A stretch of DNA of 64,000 nucleotides. Origin: a bacterium (GTDB lineage: Bacteria; SAR324; NAC60-12). This document shows positions 57,937 through 64,000 of this stretch, piece by piece. Position numbers and translations under genes: made by a program. The notes below the pieces were generated by a model, which worked only from the letters and a program-made list of their open reading frames with translations, searched no databases and was not told the DNA's origin. Location: positions 416,001-480,000 of the forward strand of contig CBDDTI010000746.1 in assembly GCA_965233585.1 (NCBI GenBank), in the 5' to 3' direction. The first letter of the stretch is position 1. Every line of letters begins with the position of its first letter.

Positions 57937-59265
57937 TCAACCATGATGAGCGTTTTCAGATTTAATATATTCAAAAAACTTGACAAAGTCATCACTTCCT
58001 TTGAGGGGTTTTTGTGCCGCTTTTATAGCTTGGCAGAATCCGATGAGGGAGCTTGTTGGATTGTGTGATGAATCAGGAGTAACCAATAAATTCATCACTA
58101 AGATAGGACAGGTAAAAAGTGCCAAACGGACGGTTCTTTCAAATGTCTCAAACGGAATGTCTTCTTTCAAAGCCTTGTACAATGGCTTCCAAAAATTCAC
58201 TGCTTTAGAAGTCAAAAATCCTTCTCTAATGTCGCTTAGAATATAGTTTGTTTCCACACAAATTTTATCTTGTTCTACACAAGCCTTGACGTCATAGTGC
58301 TGACTAAAAAAGTCGGGTTCGTAAAGCCAAAAAGGGTGTGCAAAGATGTTATGAAAAGTCGCTTTCACTTCTGCTAATAAGGCAGGAATTTGGGCATTGG
58401 CAAAAGCTGGGTCAAATAGACTAAAGGTCTGGTCTTCATGCAGCCAGACGTTCGCATGGTGGGCATCGCCATGTGAGTTAAAAGCAAAACCGGGCAACAG
58501 TGCCTGAGGGGTCAAATCAACAAGGCAGGCTTCTAAACAACTTTTTAAAGTTTCAGGATAATCTATTTGGTTAATAGACCACTTCAAATCAATCAACTCC
58601 TCAAAAGGAAGACGAAGGACTTCTCCATTGAAACCTTGAAAGACAGCCGTTTGATTTTTGTAAAATGACTGAATCCGCCCTCCGATTTCTTCATAACAAG
58701 TAGGAGGTTTTGACAAATCATTGACTAAACGGTGATAAAAAAGTTGGAAAATAGGTTGATGGATTCCTTCAATCCCTTGAGTTTGATGTAATGTCTTCAA
58801 AGCAATTTTGGAAAAGTATTGGTCTATTTTTTCTTCAATCGCAATCAATTCATTTGCATTGAAAGAGCGATTTTCTTTTGAGGACTTACCTTTTTCATAG
58901 TCTGAACAAACATCAGCAAATCTGGAGTCTTGAATACGTTTGTAAATGACAATTTGTTGGTTTGGTGTCGTGTTTGAAAATAAAGGTTCTTGGACTGGAT
59001 AGCCTGCCTCTTTGAGAACCTTGGCTTGATAATACTCGCTGACTTGTTCCTTTTCATTTTCTTCTGTATGGAACTTAAAAAAATACTCGTTAGCATGGTG
59101 GTCGCTCATCAAACCATTGACAGAATTGAGGCTATACTGATCCTGATTGATACAGAGATTTTGCACTACAAGAGGTGTGGTGTCCTGAATCAAATGTTTC
59201 AAAGCTGAAGTTGCACCTGAAAGGTCTTGGTTTTTAATCAACTGATGAATGCTTTGCGTATCCAT
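57937..59265 (-). CDS. Hypothetical protein with APH/choline-kinase-like motifs
   Basis: YFFKFH, SHGDAHHANVW (HGDxxxxN), LFDPAFA. Confidence 0.6.
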   Translation of the reverse strand: MDTQSIHQLIKNQDLSGATSALKHLIQDTTPLVVQNLCINQDQYSLNSVNGLMSDHHANEYFFKFHTEENEKEQVSEYYQAKVLKEAGYPVQEPLFSNTTPNQQIVIYKRIQDSRFADVCSDYEKGKSSKENRSFNANELIAIEEKIDQYFSKIALKTLHQTQGIEGIHQPIFQLFYHRLVNDLSKPPTCYEEIGGRIQSFYKNQTAVFQGFNGEVLRLPFEELIDLKWSINQIDYPETLKSCLEACLVDLTPQALLPGFAFNSHGDAHHANVWLHEDQTFSLFDPAFANAQIPALLAEVKATFHNIFAHPFWLYEPDFFSQHYDVKACVEQDKICVETNYILSDIREGFLTSKAVNFWKPLYKALKEDIPFETFERTVRLALFTCPILVMNLLVTPDSSHNPTSSLIGFCQAIKAAQKPLKGSDDFVKFFEYIKSENAHHG

Positions 59266-59289
59266 GTTTATTTGGTTTTTTTAGAAACT

Positions 59290-60812
59290 CTAAAGAATCC
59301 CATAATCGTTTAATTTTCCAGACATCAGCAATTCATAGATGGCAGAAATATCATCAGCAAAGTAGCGGTCTTTCTGATATGAAGGTACTTTTGCACGAAT
59401 GATTGCTTTTTTTTCTTCCAACACCGCACTAGTTTTGAGGGGTGTTAGAAAATCTAATCCTTGGGTTGAGGCTAATGCTTCAATCGCTAAAATATGAGCC
59501 ACATTTTCATTGATGCTTTGCAGACGCCTTGCGGCATAAGTCGCCATACTGACATGGTCTTCTTGATTGGCTGAGGTCGGAATGCTGTCCACGGTGCTTG
59601 GATGCGCCAGTGATTTGTTCTCACTTGCCAATGCGGCGGCGCTGACTTGAGCAATCATAAACCCAGAGTTTAACCCAGAGTTTTGCACTAAGAAGGGAGG
59701 ATGTCCGCTTAAATGTTGGTCAATCAACATCGCAACTCTCCTTTCTGACATACTGCCAATTTCAGAAAGTGCAATCGCCATCAAATCAGCTACCATGCCA
59801 ACAGGTTCTGCATGAAAGTTGCCCCCAGAGATAATTTCTTGAGTCTCATCAAAAACAAGAGGATTGTCAGACACTCCGTTTGCTTCTCTCATCAAGATTT
59901 GACCCGCATGCCTTAAATTATCCAACACTGCACCCATGACTTGAGGTTGACACCTCAGACAGTAGGGGTCTTGTACCCGCTGGCATACTTCTCCTTGATG
60001 GCTTGACCAAATAGGGCTGTCTTTCAACAAATGACGCAAATAAGCAGCAACTTCTTTTTGCCCCTCTTGATTTCTGACATGGTTGATGTTCTCACTAAAA
60101 GGAGCATGCGAGCCTTTGATAGATTCCAAAGTCAACGCCCCTACGACCAATGCAGAACCAAAAAGTCGCTCTGCAGTCAAAAAAGCTGAGAGGGCTAGGG
60201 CATTAGAAACTTGAGTTCCGTTGATCATGCCCAGACCTTCTTTGGCACTGAGAGTCAAAGGAGAAAGCCCAACTTGTGCTAATACTTCTTGAGAGTCTCT
60301 TGTTTGACCTTGATAGCAAACTTTGCCAATTCCTATCAAGGCACAAGTCAAATGTGCAAGAGGGGCTAAGTCGCCAGATGCTCCAACAGACCCTTTTTCA
60401 GGAATGATTGGATAAATTTTTTGATTGTAAAACTCAATCAATAAATCTATCAACTCCTTTCTGACCCCAGAATAACCAGCAGCTAAGCTGCAGGCTTTGA
60501 GTACCAAAATCAATCCAACAACTCTGTCATCTAGCGGCTGACCCACACCTGCAGAATGAGAAAGAATTAAATTTTTTGTAAAATACTTAAATCTTGCTTG
60601 GCAATTTTGGTGTTAGCCAATAATCCAAAACCCGTATTGATTCCATACACTGCCTTGTCAGATTCTGCTTTTTGTTGCACCAGCTCATAAGCTGCTTGGA
60701 TTTTGCCGTCATTTTCATCAGACAGCTTCACTGGTGTTTGATGAAAGTAAATGGCTTTCAGTTGTTCTATGGTAACGTCTTGAGGTTTGAGGGTGAGTTT
60801 AGCTGTGTTCAT
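59290..60812 (-). pseudogene. hutH: Histidine ammonia-lyase, frameshifted at an A6 run (60572-60577)
   Basis: VYGINTGFG in the 5' fragment; GSVGASGDLAPLAH, QDPY, SGGNFH, ANQEDHVSM in the 3' fragment; one extra A restores LQKNLILSHSAGVG. Confidence 0.88.
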
Positions 60813-60906
60813 TTGAAATTAGAAAAAGAATTGAGGTAGAAAAGTAGTGATGTTTGGCATGAACTAAAAGCGATATTTGGTCTAATTCAAGACCCAAAAT
60901 ATAGGA

Positions 60907-62487
60907 TTAAACCGATAGACATAAACCTTTGAGAAAATGACTAGTTTTTGAAATATCATCAGACATGAATCTATCACTATCAAAAAAGGGAACAATCTTT
61001 CTAAACATTTTCAGCAAAGATTTGGTTTTCTTACCAATCTTTAGATTAGCCGATTTCTGCTGACGAAGATCAATTGCCTGAGCTGCATGGAATAGTTCTA
61101 TGGCAAGAACAATGAAACTATTGTCAATTTGGTTCTGAACATTGGTCGCTACCATAACGGAATTAGTTCCTATGTCTTCAAGACCTCTTGCAAGTGGCAA
61201 ATAATCAAATGACGAAGGCATTGCCAAAGAACGAATTTCAGCAGAAACTGCCAACATTGGAATTTCCAGAGCAACCAACGAATGCTGAGTTTCATCATGG
61301 CTCAAATAACGTGGCAGTCCTGTGAAATAAGGGTCAACCAATTTAGTAACCCTTTGTGCTGAGGCACTCGCCATGTGAGCAATAAGGATGGATAATTCTT
61401 CAAGAGCTACGACCCAAAAGACTGGGCAAAAATTCCCCGTAGGTAGAACTGCACCACCATCTGTATAGAACTTCTTGGCAATTTGCAATTCAGAGGTTGG
61501 TTGTGACCCAACAATAACAGTTGGATTATCATCAGAAGAATTAATTTGTAGGCTAAGTAAACCCTCCAATCTATCCAAATTAGACCGCATAGCTGCCAAT
61601 AAATGAGGTCCATTGCGAAAACTCAGTGCATCTTGAAAGGGACGACTGGTGTCTTCGTCCCACAAATAGCTACCTTTCAATATGTCTAATAGCTCACGAG
61701 ACGTTTCCTTCAAGCCTGGGAATGCTCTTTGTCCAACCACATCAGGTAAAATTGGTGTTATATTGCCATTTACGGCTTCTAAGCTAGTGGCAAAAACTAA
61801 ATGACCAATGCTACAAAGTTGCTTTGCTTCAAACAATAGAAGGACTGCTTTGGCTGCCGCATATGAATTATTACTGAGAATAGCTAATCCGTCTTTAGCA
61901 AAGGGTTTGAGTGGTTCTTTTTTTGTGAGTTTAAGTGCCTCATAGGCAGTCATTTTGACTCCCTTGTAATACACTTTGCCATCGCCAATCATAGCAAGTC
62001 CCACATGACTCATCAAGACGACATCACCAACACCAACAGACCCCTTACTAGGAATAACAGGGCAAATATCATGATTAATAAAGTGGATAAACATATCCGC
62101 AACAGCAGGACTAACGCCGGGACCACCAGTTAAAATGGTATTCAGCCGAATTGCCATAGCTGCCCGCACTAGCTTCGTGTCGCTATCTGGTCCAACTGCC
62201 ACTGCATGAGAACGCAAAAGTCCAATATTGTATCTAACAGAGGCTTGAAATACTTCTGGGGATATTTCACCTTTGGCATTGACCATTTTACGATCTTTAT
62301 TAAGACCTACCCCAACAGTCAAACCATAAATGTCATGCCCAGCCATGGTGGCATTCAGTAAAACCTGATGCGCCTTTTCAACACATTCCAAGGCATCAGC
62401 TGATACCAACACTTGTTTCCCATTAGCGATTTTCACAATATCTTCAATACTTGCTATCGCTTTTGTCAGTTTGACACACTTATCCAT
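60907..62487 (-). CDS. Aromatic-amino-acid lyase family protein lacking the MIO tripeptide (ergothionase-like)
   Basis: IYGLTVGVGLNKD; GSVGVGD instead of GSVGASGD; QDALSFR, NSSDDNP, GLEDIGTN. Confidence 0.85.
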   Translation of the reverse strand: MDKCVKLTKAIASIEDIVKIANGKQVLVSADALECVEKAHQVLLNATMAGHDIYGLTVGVGLNKDRKMVNAKGEISPEVFQASVRYNIGLLRSHAVAVGPDSDTKLVRAAMAIRLNTILTGGPGVSPAVADMFIHFINHDICPVIPSKGSVGVGDVVLMSHVGLAMIGDGKVYYKGVKMTAYEALKLTKKEPLKPFAKDGLAILSNNSYAAAKAVLLLFEAKQLCSIGHLVFATSLEAVNGNITPILPDVVGQRAFPGLKETSRELLDILKGSYLWDEDTSRPFQDALSFRNGPHLLAAMRSNLDRLEGLLSLQINSSDDNPTVIVGSQPTSELQIAKKFYTDGGAVLPTGNFCPVFWVVALEELSILIAHMASASAQRVTKLVDPYFTGLPRYLSHDETQHSLVALEIPMLAVSAEIRSLAMPSSFDYLPLARGLEDIGTNSVMVATNVQNQIDNSFIVLAIELFHAAQAIDLRQQKSANLKIGKKTKSLLKMFRKIVPFFDSDRFMSDDISKTSHFLKGLCLSV

Positions 62488-62499
62488 AGTATTTATATG

Positions 62500-63519
62500 T
62501 TAGTTTGAGGTCACCATAGCCTCAACAGTGTCGTGTAGATTGATGTATCCCACAGATTCGCCAGAATCATTGACAACTTGGGCTTGGCTTTTTTTTGAAC
62601 GCACCATGGTACTCACTGCTTTTTCAATGAAGGTATCTTCCGTTACTGTGACCGCATCTGAAAGATTAATATTTTTTTTGAACATGATAGATTTCACAGT
62701 GACCACTTGACCTCGGTTCACATCCTTTACAAAATTACGAATATAGTCATCAGCTGGGTTAAGAATAATATTCTCTGCTGTCCCCTTTTGAATCACAGAG
62801 CCATCTCTGAGAATAGCGATATTATCACCTAATTTGATGGCTTCATCTAAGTCGTGGGTAATAAAGATGATTGTTTTTTTCAACTCCGCCTGAAGGTTTA
62901 GTAATGCCTTCTGCATATCAATACGAATCAACGGATCAAGTGCAGAAAATGCCTCGTCCATCAATAGAATCTCAGCATCATTAGTCAATGCACGAGCTAA
63001 TCCGACCCGTTGTTGCATACCTCCTGATAGTTGCTTGGGATAATGGTCTTCAAAACCTTCTAAGCCTACCCTTACAATCCATTTTTCAGCTTGTTTAAGG
63101 GCTTCTTTTTTAGGAAGACCTTGAATCGTCAAGCCGTACGCTGCATTTTCAATGACTTTGCGATGGGGAAGTAGTGCAAATTTTTGGAACACCATTGCTG
63201 TTTTGTAACGTCGGAAGTGACGTAATTCAGAAACTGACATGTTACAGATGTCAACGTCCTGATACAGAATTTGACCAACAGTGGGTTCCACCAAACGGTT
63301 AATATGACGAACGAGGGTAGATTTTCCAGAACCAGACAATCCCATGACCACCTGAATTTTTCCAGATTTGATGGTCAAATTAATATCTTTCAACCCTAAA
63401 ACGTGACCGTGTTTTTCGTTCAACTCTACTTTAGATAGTCCGTTTTTGACATCATCAATATAACGTGTGCCGTATGGTCCAAAAATTTTGTATAAATTTT
63501 CAATCCTAATATCATTCAT
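62500..63519 (-). CDS. Quaternary-amine ABC transporter ATP-binding protein (ProV/OpuAA-like) with CBS-like tail
   Basis: ENLYKIFG, MGLSGSGKST, LSGGMQQRVGLARAL, MDEAFSALDPLIR. Confidence 0.93.
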   Translation of the reverse strand: MNDIRIENLYKIFGPYGTRYIDDVKNGLSKVELNEKHGHVLGLKDINLTIKSGKIQVVMGLSGSGKSTLVRHINRLVEPTVGQILYQDVDICNMSVSELRHFRRYKTAMVFQKFALLPHRKVIENAAYGLTIQGLPKKEALKQAEKWIVRVGLEGFEDHYPKQLSGGMQQRVGLARALTNDAEILLMDEAFSALDPLIRIDMQKALLNLQAELKKTIIFITHDLDEAIKLGDNIAILRDGSVIQKGTAENIILNPADDYIRNFVKDVNRGQVVTVKSIMFKKNINLSDAVTVTEDTFIEKAVSTMVRSKKSQAQVVNDSGESVGYINLHDTVEAMVTSN

Positions 63520-64000
63520 CTTTGATTCCTAGGTGCTTTTGCAATCTTTTCCCGTATGCTTGAGTTGAGCGATCCAACAAGATGGCAATGGCAACAATAG
63601 CCAAACCATTCACTAAACCCATGGTAAAGTATTGGTTGCTAATAGCTTGTAATACAGGTTGCCCAAGTCCTTTGACACCAATCATAGAAGCGATAACAAC
63701 CATTGCCAAAGACATCATAATACATTGATTGATGCCTGCCATAATTGTTGGAAGAGCGAGTGGCAACTGCACATCTCTGAGTTTCTGCCAATCAGACGAA
63801 CCGAAGGCATCAGCAGCTTCAATCATATCTTTATCCACCAAACGAATACCAAGGTTAGTCAAACGTATCATTGGGGGCAAGGCATAAACGACAACTGCGA
63901 TCATTCCTGGAATTTTGCCCAGACCAAAAATCATGACTACTGGGATTAAATAGACAAATGGAGGCATGGTCTGCATCATATCAAGCAATGGATTTACAAA
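63512..64000 (-). CDS. Quaternary-amine ABC transporter permease (ProW-like), 3' part; runs off the right edge
   Basis: LDMMQTMPPFVYLIP, RLTNLGIR, EAADAFG, IMAGINQ. Confidence 0.92.
   Translation of the reverse strand, partial: FVNPLLDMMQTMPPFVYLIPVVMIFGLGKIPGMIAVVVYALPPMIRLTNLGIRLVDKDMIEAADAFGSSDWQKLRDVQLPLALPTIMAGINQCIMMSLAMVVIASMIGVKGLGQPVLQAISNQYFTMGLVNGLAIVAIAILLDRSTQAYGKRLQKHLGIKDE

Noticed and set aside
60560..60590. Programmed -1 ribosomal frameshift in hutH
   Set aside because: The A-AAT-TTA heptamer is not in the required phase and no stimulatory structure is evident; an indel is simpler
364..63949. Numerous 60-135 aa ORFs antisense to or nested in the called genes
   Set aside because: Shadow ORFs with no motifs or RBS, overlapping well-supported genes

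Overview
Moderately AT-rich bacterial chromosome segment. The FliM, NuoI and PurA sequences look deltaproteobacterial (e.g. SAR324-like), but that taxonomy is my inference. 1-25 kb and 37-43 kb are mostly housekeeping genes (lpxL, larB, carA, tRNA-Pro, fliM, rng, pdxJ, lpxH, purA, nuoI, tandem thyX, M18 peptidase, xth, comF, engB, ldh) plus a large methyltransferase/GT2 fusion. 25.4-36.7 kb is a tandem array of five 7TMR-DISM sensor adenylate cyclases with divergent sensors, near-identical cyclase domains and remnants of both flanking genes in the spacers. 44.5-64 kb is one minus-strand catabolic region: a ProVW-type transporter, an MIO-less (ergothionase-like) lyase, a frameshifted hutH, a kinase-like protein, a Pot-type ABC transporter, a non-canonical HisD, GldA-like, alpha-hydroxy-acid and SDR oxidoreductases, and hutC/G/F. 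It may encode an undescribed route for degrading histidine derivatives. It is interrupted by an EcoRV-like restriction-modification pair flanked by two 58-bp attC-like sites, with no integrase in the window. A manual scan found no TCGA anywhere in the window. All family assignments come from motif recognition by eye, without database searches.
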